Below, piece by piece: positions 1 to 12,400 of a stretch of 64,000 bases of DNA; position 1 is the stretch's first letter, and every line of letters begins with the position of its first letter. Position numbers and translations under genes: made by a program. A model generated the notes under the pieces. That model did no database searches and had not been told where the DNA came from. It saw nothing but the letters and a program-made list of their open reading frames with translations. Source of the DNA: Kondoa subrosea (taxonomy: Eukaryota); assembly GCA_039545335.1 (NCBI GenBank), contig BCIN01000001.1:1795129-1859128 (forward strand), in the 5' to 3' direction.

Positions 1-91
1 TATTAGTAACATACAATACAATTGTGAGTGAGAGAAAAACGTACACAAAGCGGTGAACAAACCAAACATTGCACCGAAGCGAACAGAAGTT

Positions 92-580
92 TCACCCATC
101 AAAGTATGTAAGATGATACTTCTTAATCGTTTCAGGAATCCATTCGGTTTGCGTAAAGAAGAAAAGATAGCAAAGATGAGATTGAAGCCTGCTCTGAAAG
201 TATAGGCCAATAGGAATGATCTTAATCCACCTCTGACAGTCCCTGAACCGTTCATCTACGCGTAAGAAAGGATCATGTAGTAAAGAGAGAGCAAGCGCAC
301 AAGCGATCAGAGCATCCAAATCCCTAGGTCTTCGTTCTGCATAGTCCTTACCTCTCCACAATCGTTCCGTTACAGCTTTCGCATCCAAAGCAGACAAGCC
401 TTTCACGCTTAAAGTCCGACGTAATGCATTTGCTGTCTCTTCTATACTAGGTGTAGCAGGAAAGACAGGCGAAGTTGTGCCATGTGTTGAACCTTCATCA
501 CCTGGAGTTACAGCTTGCCAAACTTCATTAGGAACTTGAAGAGGAAATTGAGGTGCTTCTCCTTCTGGATCTGCTGCCAT
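92..580 (-). CDS. hypothetical protein (162 aa)
   Basis: Single ORF starting at ATG, divergent from the gene at 790; no recognisable motif. Confidence 0.5.
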   Translation of the reverse strand: MAADPEGEAPQFPLQVPNEVWQAVTPGDEGSTHGTTSPVFPATPSIEETANALRRTLSVKGLSALDAKAVTERLWRGKDYAERRPRDLDALIACALALSLLHDPFLRVDERFRDCQRWIKIIPIGLYFQSRLQSHLCYLFFFTQTEWIPETIKKYHLTYFDG

Positions 581-789
581 CGTTTCGCTCGTTCTGTGAC
601 CTCAGACTGTGCACACAATATAAAGCTGGGTATATGTACTCGGTCGCTCTTAAACAACCTTGTGCCCTAATTTCGTTGGAAGTAGTGTGATGATGGAAGA
701 TAGTGCATCAGCAAGCGAGCAGAGCTTCGTGCAGCAAACGTGAGATGAATGCGGATGGCTCAAACTCAAGTGGAAGGCTGAATGAATGA

Positions 790-1745
790 ATGGATGACAG
801 ACGCTCGCAATATTATCTTTCGCGAAGTGAAATCCTCAAGGGTGTCGCTAGTCAGTCCAAAATAGTCAATCTCGGGTTATCTATCACCACAGCTTATGAG
901 ATTTGTCCCGCTAGATCGCTTTGTTTTCTCTCAATTCTATATCTTCTTCTACTTGAGCATGTAAGTTCTTCATTAGCTGGGTATTCTCTGTGCTGATAAG
1001 TCGCTGTAAGGGCTATGCTTTCTTTGGCGTCTGTTGTGCTTAGCATAACGAGCGAATGTCCAACACTTCCATTCTACGTACTGGAGATCATGTAAGCGTC
1101 CAGTCTTCCTTTGCTGCTGTACTAGCTAACTATAATCATCAATACAGAGTCAATACTGCTATGATTTGTGAAGTCTCAATACGGCTTGTAGCTTTTGGCA
1201 AGGTTTGTCCTTTGGTTTTTATGCTTGCTTGACGTTCTCTGACTTTTGAGGTAACACAGCAATTCTGGAAATCGTATTGCACGTTCTCCCTTCCCTTCTT
1301 TGTTTCGTTCTCTAGCTAAGATATAAAGCCAGACAATATCCTTGATCTGGGGATAACAGGGCTTTGCGTAATAACTGTCCTTTTCATCTTTTTCTCTGGT
1401 TGTTCGGCAAAAGGAGAAGAAGTCTTTGATGATATATTACTCATTGGAAGGAATATCATTCAGTTTTCAAGATTAGCTATCGTTATGAGAAGGTCAGTTT
1501 GGTTTTCGCTTATGCTCGACGAGCTGACCCGCTTGCCGTTGCTGACAGGTCTGGGAAGTCTATATTCGGAAGAGGAGTACCTCAGATAGATCTGGATGAT
1601 GTGGATGATACGACGTTGTTCGCACTGGACCTCGATCTAGATGTGAGCAAGTCAAAGTTCAATTGATTTTTGCTGAATGTCGGATCAGGACGAAGAGCAA
1701 GAGCTAGCATCAAGGAGGTATCAAGGAGGAGAACCGAGAGCATAA
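790..1745 (+). CDS. small 4-TM ion-transport/voltage-sensor-like membrane protein (multi-exon)
   Basis: Hand-spliced: MDDRRSQYYLSRSEILKGVAN-RFVFSQFYIFFYLSM-AMLSLASVVLSITSECPTLPFYVLEII-VNTAMICEVSIRLVAFGK-QFWKSYY-NILDLGITGLCVITV...LLIGRNIIQFSRLAIVMRR. The 'E..IRL.A.G..FW....N.LD' pattern is typical of Ion_trans S2-S3. Includes a GC-AG intron at 1279-1332. Confidence 0.7.
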
Positions 1746-1808
1746 AATGCTAGCAAGTCGAAGGGTCAATTTCAAAGGGGGAAAGAACGACCAGCGTTTT
1801 TTTGCATT

Positions 1809-2755
1809 TTACATTTCACCGCATTCTAGAGTAAGTGCATTTCATCAGCTGTAATCCTCCAAGCTGATCAAAAAGATTTCAAGACATACCAGTAACTTTC
1901 ACAGCTAATTTCGGTCTACTACCAGCACCAACACTTGCGTTCTCGATTTTCCGCAAGACAAGCATACTTTCAGCTCCTTCTACGATTTTACCAAACACTA
2001 CATGTTTCCCATCCAAGAATTCTGCAGGTGCTGTAGTGATGAAGAACTGTGCCAGTTGTCAATCAGTCAATGGAAACGCAAGCATTTTTTTCTTGGGGAT
2101 TGTCTCTCACCTGGCATCCATTGGTATTTGGACCAGAATTGGCCATGCTCAGTAGTCCTAAAGTGAACAATGAGTATGCAGAGGAGTAGGCTAGAGCGGC
2201 TTCTTCACCTGAAGTAGTATGTTTTTGGGAGAAGTTCTCGTCTGCGAATTGTTTGCCATATATCGATAATGAACCAGTTCCATCGCTGTTCAGAAAATCT
2301 CCGCCTTTGTCCAGTAACCATAATAAGCAATGTTTGAAGAAATATGAGAGAGATTTGAGGATAATTCACCTTGTACCATGAAATCTTTAATTACTCGATG
2401 AAATTGACTGTTCTTGTATCCTTGTGGGATATTGTTCACTCTGCATTCATTGTCAGCATCACAACTCGTTCTGCATTGGAAGATGATGCACCTGTATTCA
2501 CCAGTACAGAACTGCCTGAAGTTTTCCGCCGTTCTGTCAGCGCCAGTAGAAGTCAGAACCAATTCTCCCTGTCGCACAGAGGGACGCACTTTGGTACTAT
2601 ATCGCTGCCATACTTTTTGATCAGCTGCCTCCTCACCATGGATGCATCAGCGCTCACTTGAACAATTCAAACTTCATTCGACCTAGAGCTGTTTCTCCCA
2701 TAGAAACGTCCATGAATACTATCGGTCTAGGATCTTTAGGTGCTGCAGTTGCCAT
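1809..2755 (-). CDS. cyclophilin-type peptidyl-prolyl isomerase (cyclophilin H-like)
   Basis: IVFMDVSMG...[28 protein letters not shown]...[15 protein letters not shown]...SIYG..FADENF...[20 protein letters not shown]...LDGKHVVFG...CGEM*; canonical introns. Confidence 0.95.
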
Positions 2756-2937
2756 TTGTTGAAGAATCAAATTATTCAAAGTGCTTGGCCGTTAAGAGAT
2801 GACCAAGTATTTATTACCTAAGCATCCACTCCTCATGTCGAATAGAGAGCAGGCAACAAAGAACGGAATTGGTTACATAGAGTTGCATAGATAACATTGT
2901 ACAGATCGATCATTTGGAAGTATTCCTCTACCAAGGC

Positions 2938-3876
2938 TTATTTCCTCCGTTGTTGTTGTTTCCGCCGAAGAAGGAGCCAATGCCTGGCATACCACCCATA
3001 CCGCTTCCACCTTGTCCGTTGTTGTTGTGATGGCTTTCTTTGAACTGTACAAAATGTCAGTAAGGAACTTTGACGAAAGACAAGCAGAGCAGCCTCACTT
3101 TGTCCTCAGCTTTCGAGCCGCTAGAGTATTGATGTTAAGTGAGGGACTAGAGATTATAGATGAGACTCACAAGAAAGCACCAGCAACTGCAGAAAGTATA
3201 AGGGAGTGATTCTAAAGCATGCGAAAGGAATAGCTTACGAGCTCCAATGATTGGATGACCACCTAATGCTTGACCACCGAATCCTCCAGCAGCACCACCT
3301 GTTCAATTATTAGCATACTTTCTTCTACTTCTTGAAAGCAGGTTACCAGCTAGAGCGCCCATCTTACATCATGAAATAAGCGAGAAGTCTTGTTCGGTAT
3401 CAGAAAGAGATCTTACGATACCACGTTCTCCTTCTCCACCTAGTGGTTGATCTTGGCGTGGTCCGTTATAACCAGGTTGCGAGTCAGCGTGCTGATTATA
3501 GCCTTGGTTTTGGTCATAGCCTTGTTGTCCACCGCTTATATCGAATCGCTCTTTCAGCTTTCACCCCTCTCTTTGCAAACTAATAAGAACTCACTATTGG
3601 CTGTTCTGATCAAACGAAGGCTGTTGTCCGTAATTCTGTTGAGGTTGTGATTGATAGAAATCGTTTGCATTTCCTGAACCTTGATTGTTGTAACCTTGAG
3701 GTGGTGCGTTATTGTACCCTTGTTGCTGCTGCTGATAACCGTAGTTCTGGTCTGGGTAGCCTCCCTGTTGTCCTTGTTGAGGATAGCCTTGTTGCGAGCC
3801 GTAGTTGTTTGGGTCGGGGAAATTCACTGCTGCAGATGTCAGTCTATAGATTCGTAAAGAATGCGTTTAGCTGACT
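2938..3876 (-). CDS. Q/G/N/Y-rich protein with C-terminal glycine-zipper motif
   Basis: Low-complexity QQGY repeats, then GERGIMGALAGGAAGGFGGQALGGHPIIGALAGAFFGSKAEDK. The start ATG is formed only after splicing (A|TG). Confidence 0.8.
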
Positions 3877-3995
3877 GTTGAGTATATCGAGAGTGATGGT
3901 TGAAAAGCAAGGATGTGACGCGCTTTTTATATGTTCAGCTGAGCTCGGCCGTGGGCGATGCATGGATTTCGTATAGATAACAGTAAAGGCTGTGC

Positions 3996-6300
3996 TCAGT
4001 CTGAATCATTATCATCTAGATCATCATCGCCTTCCGTTTGCAGAGCCGCGAACTGAGACTTGAGAGCAATCACTTCCTCGTCTTCACCACTCGATGATTC
4101 TTCTTCTGTCTCACTTGAATCTTGCTCGCTTGAAATATCACTACCTCCGTGCTCTTCTTCTTCCTCAGCATCCTCAGCTGAACTTCCATCGTGAAGAACG
4201 TGCTCCTGATCTCTAAGCAGCAGGCCTTCGCAGTCGACCCAATCACCTGTCCACAGTAATCAGACGATGGCAACTTCATGATGTAGAGAAGAATTACCTT
4301 CATTCGGCGGTCTATAAGCCCATCGAATAGCGCCAGATTGCAAGAACCTGAACAAAATACGCATCAAGAACTGCTTCTTTTCTTTTCTCATAACAAAGCG
4401 TCAACTAACCTCATGATCATAGCACCTGCTCTGTAAGTATCTGGTCTGGCAGCTTTCGCAGTAATCCATCCACTTTCCGTTGCATACTGAATGAGCAATA
4501 AATCCGTATTCCAACTCTCGATTTTCCTTAATGATCTCATTCCAGGTACATTGCTTTGCAAAGGAGGTGGAGGTGAAGGTAAGGAGACAGGTAAGAGATC
4601 TTCTAGAGGTATTCGGTCTGCTACGTAGCCTATCACAGCTTGACTTTTTGTGGTTTGTACCATCCCAGAGAAGAGCTGAATGATTGGGTCGGTGTAAGAT
4701 GGCATAACCAGACCTGGACAGTCGCAGAGTCTGACTTGTGGAGATAAGAAATGGGTCTGAAAGGCTTTCGTTTTGCCTCTGCACCAATACTTAGCAAGTG
4801 TATAGGGCATCATCGAGGGAGACATACGGAGTTGCTGATGCCCGGACTGCTTTTCTTCCAAGTAGACAATTGATCAAAGAAGATTTACCAGCATTTGGGT
4901 GACCTGCGCGAAGAAATCACAATCAGCTGACGACAGCTGACAGTAGTCCATTCCAAATGAACAACGCACCGATCGTGCCTATTGTCAGGTAGTTCGGTAT
5001 CCGATGACCCATGTATCCTTCCTGATACGTCTGCTCTTCTTGTCTTTCGCCCTCTTCTTGCTCCGCATCGCTTGGTACAGCTGAGGAGGAAGCAGAATGA
5101 TGATGAGATTCCAAAGCTGCTTTCCTTTCCAATTTCCTGGCCTTTTTAGCTTCTGCTTTACCCAACACTTCAACTTCTTCTGGTATAGCAACAGGGTCAG
5201 ATTTAGGAACAGGAGCTACAGTAGTCTTCAAAGATTGCAAATCGATTCCTCTGGTAACTCTAGGTCTCCAACTCTTCAGCTTCTCTGCATTACCAATAAA
5301 ACTAGGAGGTGGTTCCAAAATCTCGTCATAAAGAGTTTGAATAGCATCAATCAAAGCAACTCTTTGATATTTCGGTTGAGAAGGTTTGAATTTCATTCTA
5401 GTTCCTTGTTCCAAGATCGATCGAGATTGTTCTTCGTATGACTGGACCATGACTACTCTAGCTCTGAACCGTTCTTCCGCGACTTCATTGGCTTCTTGAT
5501 CTTCTAACCATTTCTTCCATCTTGAGGCTACTATAGGTCCAACTAGATCGGTTTTGGTCAAGACGAGAAGAATCTTTTTACGTGGCTTGATTCCTGTGCG
5601 CAAATAATCTCGGAGGGAAGGAGGATAATGTATAGGCGGACAACGAGAATCGATGAGGATTAAAAGAATATCGCTCATTTCACCAACTCGCCTATGCAAA
5701 CACATGAGATACTGATGATCAATGACACATTTCGCTCACCAGAACTGTGAGGGGAATTCACTCCTAAGCAACAATTTTGCTTAGGTCTGATCTCACTCAC
5801 CTGCCTCCAAACGTCTAGATTCGTCTCAAAGATGGAACCAGGTAAGATCTGAGTATCTTCTTCTTCGCCATTAGCATCGTATTGCTTTGCTTGAACAGGT
5901 CTGACGGCTTCCTGAGTCTTACGTAACCACATTTCAAAGAGATGTGCTTCATTCTTTTCCACTTCGATTTTCGTTTCTACCCTAGCCTCATTCTATTAGA
6001 CATGTAGTTACATAGTGATTGTCGGAGGAACATACGATCTCTACGCCATTTAGGTCTTCGAGGTACAAACAGCTTTGCTTTACCTTCTGGCTGAACATTG
6101 CCATTATCCATTACACATTTCCCAGAATCAATAGGTCGTTCAAAAGGTTTCTCAGGATCGAAATCATCTATTGTAGCATTTGAGAAAGTGGATTGCAACT
6201 TTTGAGCTTTTTTGCGAGCTTCATGGTTTCCCGATTTCTGAGGTCGAGCGGAAGGTGGTGCTGTTGATCTTGATTTACCTTTACTAGGTCTATTGGGCAT
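3996..6300 (-). CDS. circularly permuted GTPase, GNL1/Lsg1 family
   Basis: FETNLDVWRQ, DSRCPP, LTKTDL (G4), GHPNAGKSSLIN (G1), TPGKTKAFQT, LCDCPGLVMP (G3), ARPDTYRAG. Confidence 0.92.
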
Positions 6301-6386
6301 CTTACTGGTGGATATATGTTCGTGGCAGTTCGAAAGAAACAAGGACACAATGTTTTTTCTGTGATCTGGACAGCGATTCTTCAATA

Positions 6387-7722
6387 ATGGTTCGAGCTTC
6401 TCAAGCTAGTGGTAGAAGAACTCAACAACAGGATGCTGGACCTACTGAAGACACTTTGGATGAAGAGCAAGTGAAAGTAATGCAAGAGGTGTGGAAATCT
6501 TAGGATCACTGGTTGTGAACTCGCGACTGAGACGTGTAGGAATAGTTTTTGGACGCGACTTCACCTTTGGATAAGAAAGTTGCACCACCGAAACTGAAAG
6601 TACTCGAAACCGAGTGGAATGAAATTACAAAGAGGTCGACTGAAGCTTTGGAACAGCTCTCTCTGGCCGCGGAAGAATTAGCAGAAGCATACGAAGAAAC
6701 AGATCCCGACGGTCAAGAGGTACACTGATTCGATCTTTCGATCTTAAAGCTTAGCTAATGCGTGGTGAACAAGATTATCGCTGAAATTGACGAACAAGTT
6801 AGAGCACTGCTGGATCAGGCTTATGAAGCTAGACAACACTCCGCTGTTCTTCATACTTCCCGTCAGCTAATCCTGAGCGGAGAAGAGGTCGTATGTGTAA
6901 TCACTGTCACGAGATCAAGAATTGTTCTGAAGTGATCATACAGGAAAACATGGATATCTTGCTTCAGAAAGGTGTAGAGAAGAAGTTGGAAGAGTACAAA
7001 GCTCAAACGTCGCGTCAAAGGTATGGTAAAGCTCCAGGATACAAGAACTTTAGAGAAAGGATTTGGGTCAGTCTGATGCACTCTCTCTCTTTATTGTATT
7101 GTGAGCTGATCGCTTGTGCAGAACTCGTATAATAACGAAACGGAAATGCCAGATCCAAAAAGTTTCCTGCCCGCCGGTAAGACCTTTCTTGATTGTTTCT
7201 TCTTTGACAGCTCAAGTATGCCGTGAACAGAGGAAGGCGACGAAGATGCTTCAGATGATGATGTAGAAGTAGGAGCAGCTGCGATCAATTTCAAAGACCC
7301 AATCACTCTTGACATTCTTGTTGATCCGTTACAATGGTATACTTCATCTTTTCACACTGTTCTCTGCTTCATTTTCTGATGTTGTGGAATTTCACAGTAC
7401 TATCTGCAAACATTTCTACTCCAAGAATTCTATTTTAGAAATCCTTTATGGCCAACCGACGAAAACATGTCGCTGTCCTATCCCAGGTTGTGAAGCCATA
7501 GTCACGCTAAACAATTTGAAATCGGATGAGAAGATGAACAAAAGATTGAAGAAATATGTTATTGCAGATCAAGCTAGGAAAGAATTGGCAAAAGCTACTC
7601 AATCGGCTAGACAAGTTGTGGTGGATTCCGATCAGGAAGATAATGATGACGAGGATGAAGATGGGGATGTCAGTGGCGCTCAAGTGCCGGATACTCGGGC
7701 GAGCAAGATGGAGACTGATTGA
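6387..7722 (+). CDS. NSE2: SMC5/6 E3 SUMO ligase Nse2/Mms21
   Basis: Helical N-terminus, RQRYGKAPGYKNFRERIW, acidic DDDVEV, then SP-RING-like FKDPITL...C-TICKHFYSK...CPIPGC. Confidence 0.85.
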
Positions 7723-7893
7723 ATTCGTGCATGCGCTTGAAAGGCATTTTCGCTCATTTCAAATAGTATTCTCTATTTATTCTCTTAAGGAATCTCGCCA
7801 TGTCTTCTGTACCGATTGTAGTAGTATCGTCTTTACTAATTTCATATAACATCCCAATTGTAGTCCACAGCTCATGATTACAATACGACTATA

Positions 7894-9265
7894 TTATGAG
7901 GGTATCTCGGCTGCTATATCATCGCCCAAGCCAGGTTGAATCACTACTTGATCTGCCGCGACTGGTGGCTGGGGCAATTTTGAACTTTGCCTTCGAGTAG
8001 GTTTCGCCTTGATCTTAGCCAACGTTTCTTCCACCTCTGCATCTCCATCAATCAATTCCGCTTCTCCCATCACAACATCTCCCTCTGCTCCTCCCTTTTT
8101 CTTGGCTTTGCTACTCTTCGCTCCTTTTGCTCGACCGGTTCCAACAGGTAATCCGTCTTTCCTAGGTCTACCAGGACCTTTTCCTTTTCTCTCAGCTTTC
8201 ACTTTAGGATCCACAGGAGCAGGTGGTTTCCTTTTCTTCTTTTCTCCACCAGTTGCTGCTTTAGTTTTACTGCTTTTCGATTTAGGTGCTACTGGACCAA
8301 CATTCAATACTGCGGCGGTAGAAGAAGGAGCTTTCTTTGCTGTTGCTGAAGCTTTCATTGGTTGTTGTGGGATAGGTAAGAGGGATTGAAGTTGTAGATA
8401 AGTCCGAGGTGTTTCTGGTATTGAAGCAAGCGAATTCGATTGAAGTTTGGTCAGTGATTCTCGTAATTCAGCAGGGGGTTGTGAAAGATGGATTTGGGCT
8501 GGACAGGGATTGGAGCTTGTTGTGGAAGTTGGGAGGAGGTGAAAGTCGAAGTACAGATCTTCGTCAACTGGTTGAGTAGTAAAAGTAAAAGGTAAGATGA
8601 ATCGCTCGCCAGCGTTCTCGGCGAATTCTAATACGATTGAATGGGGTCTTGGAGTAGCTAACATACTTTTCCTCAGCGCGATGAGATAGCGATTCAATGC
8701 TGACGTCTCTTGGGCAGTTGCTGTTTTTGTCGTCACTCTTGAGACAATGCCAGCTAACAATTCATCTTTGGCTGCTTCTGAGTTGAGACGTGTCATGAGA
8801 GATTGAGAAATGGGTGGAATACCGCCGGCTGCCGTGGTAGAAGATGTGGAAGCGGCTGGAGGAGGATTGACGGTCCAATGGACTTCGAAGAAAGAAGTAC
8901 TAAAGAACGTATGTGGTCCGATCTTGACATCACAGACACCGAGTTCATGAAGAGTATGAGGCTGACAAAAAGGAAATAAACAAGAGACACAGGAGCAATC
9001 AAAGACAGAACAAGTACATCCTGAATAATCGAGCTCTTTGAGGAAGAAAACTTTGTGAGCATCGAATTTGACCACTTCTTGCGCGATTGTGTCAAAGCCA
9101 TGAGCAGAATACCGCTACAGAAAGATATGAGATTCACTGCATCAAACTTATGTAAGGAACCGAGCCAAACCTCCCTGCGATAGACTTCAAGGGCTGCACA
9201 GACGCATCCTGTGGACCTGGTTTGACTGTTGTAGGTATCGTCCAGCCCAGGTTTCTAGCGGTCAT
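7894..9265 (-). CDS. Swc3-like SWR1 complex subunit with AT-hook
   Basis: SGILLMALTQSRKKW...KFS, LGVCDVKIGPHTF, LMTRLNSEAAKDELLAGIVSRV and IVLEFAENAGERFILP resemble Swc3 blocks; AT-hook GPGRPRK. Start position uncertain. Confidence 0.65.
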
Positions 9266-9464
9266 TGTTTGACTCCAAGTCGAAGGTCTCTCTTTCTCAG
9301 CGACGCGAGTCTGGGACAGCAGCGAATCGGTGAGTCGCTGTGTATACAATGCCACTTCATGCCTGACTATTTCTCCATCGTCAACAGCTCAACAATGCGT
9401 CAGTCTAGCAAGCACCCGAAATTTGTTCAAGTCTGATTGTTGGAATGCTCTTGCAGCTGATCGC

Positions 9465-12400
9465 ATGGCGGACGAGACAGCAACTGCAGGCAGACTTGGC
9501 CTGCCTCTCAAGCGGAAAGCAGAGGAGCGCGACGTTGACTGTCGGTTCTCGCTTCCCCAGACTCGTATGCACTTGAATGTCTGACTGGATTCTCGTGTAC
9601 AGCAAGTCCCAGGAAGCGTACAACCAGCGAACCTGAAGATTCGTCGAGGTGTAGCTATGCTCTAGCCGATCCTTTCCTAGAATTCGGTCCGGATGAAGCA
9701 TTACGTCTGCGGATCAAGGAAATCCCAGGTCTCGCTGAGTGCTGCTCTGTCGGGCTCACTAGTATGTTTGCTCTTTGTGGTAGCTGTCTCTGTAGCTGAG
9801 GATGTGATATTGCAGAAATTTTACACCTGAAAGGCACAGAACGCAGCATTATGGTAGGTTCCGTCTCAACGCGTACACCTCCAATGTCTTGTGCTGACCT
9901 CTAGATCCCAGGAAGCGATTGATCTGCTTGACAAGGCGTCGGCTGCTTCACCGTCTGGTCAGAACATCGGCTATCACAGAGGCAGTCTTGTTATCGAAAA
10001 ACCACCGTTAACCTCTCGAGAAACAACGACACCTTCCGTCGTGCCAAAAAGCCCCATCAAGCTCGAATTTCTTTCTTCACCCAACAAAATACCTAGCATG
10101 CCCAGAAGCCAGCGCATCTGGGGTACCGCTGCGATTGATGACACGCTTGCAAAAGCACCTCGGGGACCTCGAAACCTGGAGCAAGGAGTTCCCAAAGCGA
10201 GCATCGTACAAGAGACTCTCTACCCCACAGCTCGCTATCATCTTGCAGACTTGGACGAGTTCTTGCTTGAGCAACCTGAATTTCTGGCATTCGTCATGCA
10301 GACGTATGAATTGCATGCTATGTATAAGACTGGCATTTCGCAACCTGCGCAGTTGCTTCTTCAAGGCAAAAGCTACTTCAAATTGGAGCAAGCTGTAGCC
10401 TACATGAACAATCAATTTTCCGCCGCAGTCATCAGCAAAGTTGTCGAAACGCTCAAACTGCCAAGTATGCTTGATCCAGATACTATGGACAAGAGTTCCT
10501 TTCTCTTGCCTGGACTCTCAAGGATAGATGTTATTTCTCTCGCAAGTCTGCAAGAACAGATCTCTTTTACAGAAGATGGTGATTACACCTACTGTACCTA
10601 CATTCTAGCTCTTAATCCGACAGCACGTCTAGCCGGTTCGATCGACCAGTGTTTACAAAAAGCTCGCTCACAAAATGGTAATGGTCTCGAAACATGTCTT
10701 TTTATTGATCAAGACAATCACGTACTCTTAGGTGGACCAAAATCCGAAATATTTGCTCTTATTCAGTACCTCAATTCCCTTAGCTGCAAAAGCAGAGCCA
10801 AAAAACCTCCTGCTCACATCTTTCGGCCTGAACAGTTGATTGCTGCGTCAAGTACTCCTTCCCATCTAGCGCGCTACTATGAGTATCGCATCTCTTTCAA
10901 TCCGGGGATTGCTCTTTGGCTTAGGACAGATTTCAAAAACGCAAAAACATGGCTCAAGATTCGTTTCGGTCTGCAAGATGTCAAGCAAGACAAATCTACG
11001 ATCACACTTGTTGGTTCTAGGTCGGCTATCGAAGATGCTCTGTGCTTTTTTGCGGACACGGTCATGAAATGCAAAGGAAGTGAGATTGAAGCAAGATGGG
11101 ATGAGAGTTCTGCCAAATTCGTGGATCTCACAAAATTTCTTCGGTCTGGTGTACCAGCAACCCCAGATCTGACTTCTGCAGACTCATCCTCAGCTCCAGA
11201 GTCTTCCCGAAGCCATTCGCCAGTTGGGCTCGTACCCAAGTTCAAAGCTCTCAACACGTCCAAACTTTCCAAATCGTCGCCCTTTCTTGCTAAAGATGCC
11301 ATCTTGGACATGCCTGCTCATCAAAAACCTTCTGTGCAAACATTTGAAGTCACGGACAGAACGATGTATCGCTATTGCTTCCCGCTTTCAACGTTCAACA
11401 TAGAGGAGATAAAGTACGGCCGCATCTGCGGAGGTATTGCTAAGCTAAGAGGGGCGACTGGGTTGGGTATGAAGCTCTCCTCATCCGTACGATGGACTAT
11501 TGTTCATGCAGTAGTTACAGAAGACATCAAAATGTGGCCAAGACCTGGCGAGCCACATCTGCGTCTTGAAGGCACGCAGCAAGCAGTCACGAGTGCCATA
11601 GATGAGGTCAACAACCAAATCACCAGAAATCTTTCATGCAAAGCGCACACTTTCGACTTCAGGCGTCTATCTTTCTCCTGCCCGGCAGAGAATGGGTTGA
11701 GCGATATTCAGAAGAGAGATTGGCTCAAGTGACGACTTTTGGCTTGCTTTCGTGATTGGAGCTGACAAATTGTGCTAATAGTGGTCCACGTTTGCAAGCC
11801 TGGATCGCTCGACGTGTTCCTACTGGTGCCGGTGATCCATTTGCTAGCATCGCGGCGACTCGTCAAGCAAGCGTCAACTCTGTTCTTGCTGACGATGAGG
11901 ACAACAGCCGTACGCTTTGCTTATTTTCTTTCTTTTGGCGTGATACTGACCTACACACTTGCAGATACTTGGCCAGCATCTTCTGAGGTAAAAGAAGAAG
12001 TGGAGGCCGATCAAGAGAATGCAGAGCCCCAAAACTTTCGCCGCTCTTTGAATCGCCTGAAGTTCAAGTTCAATCGCAGAAGAAAGCCATTACAGGCTTC
12101 AGACTCAGCAGCAGTTGAAGATCCTGTTTTATCTGAGGAAAGCCTGCCAACTCCTGTCACTGAAGCAGACGTTCCACAGCAAGCAGAAGACATTGACATG
12201 GAAACTCAGACTGTTTCTCAAATCGAAAACGCCAAATTCGCTGTCGAAATTGAAACAATTCCGGCCACGGAAGAAGAACAGCTAAGCCAAGAGGATCCAG
12301 AAGTACCTATTTCGAGCAGAATGTCGACGCCTTTGACTGAGATCGACTCCGATGATGACTACATTTATGCCATTCAGGACGCTGCTCCAATCGTTGCTGC

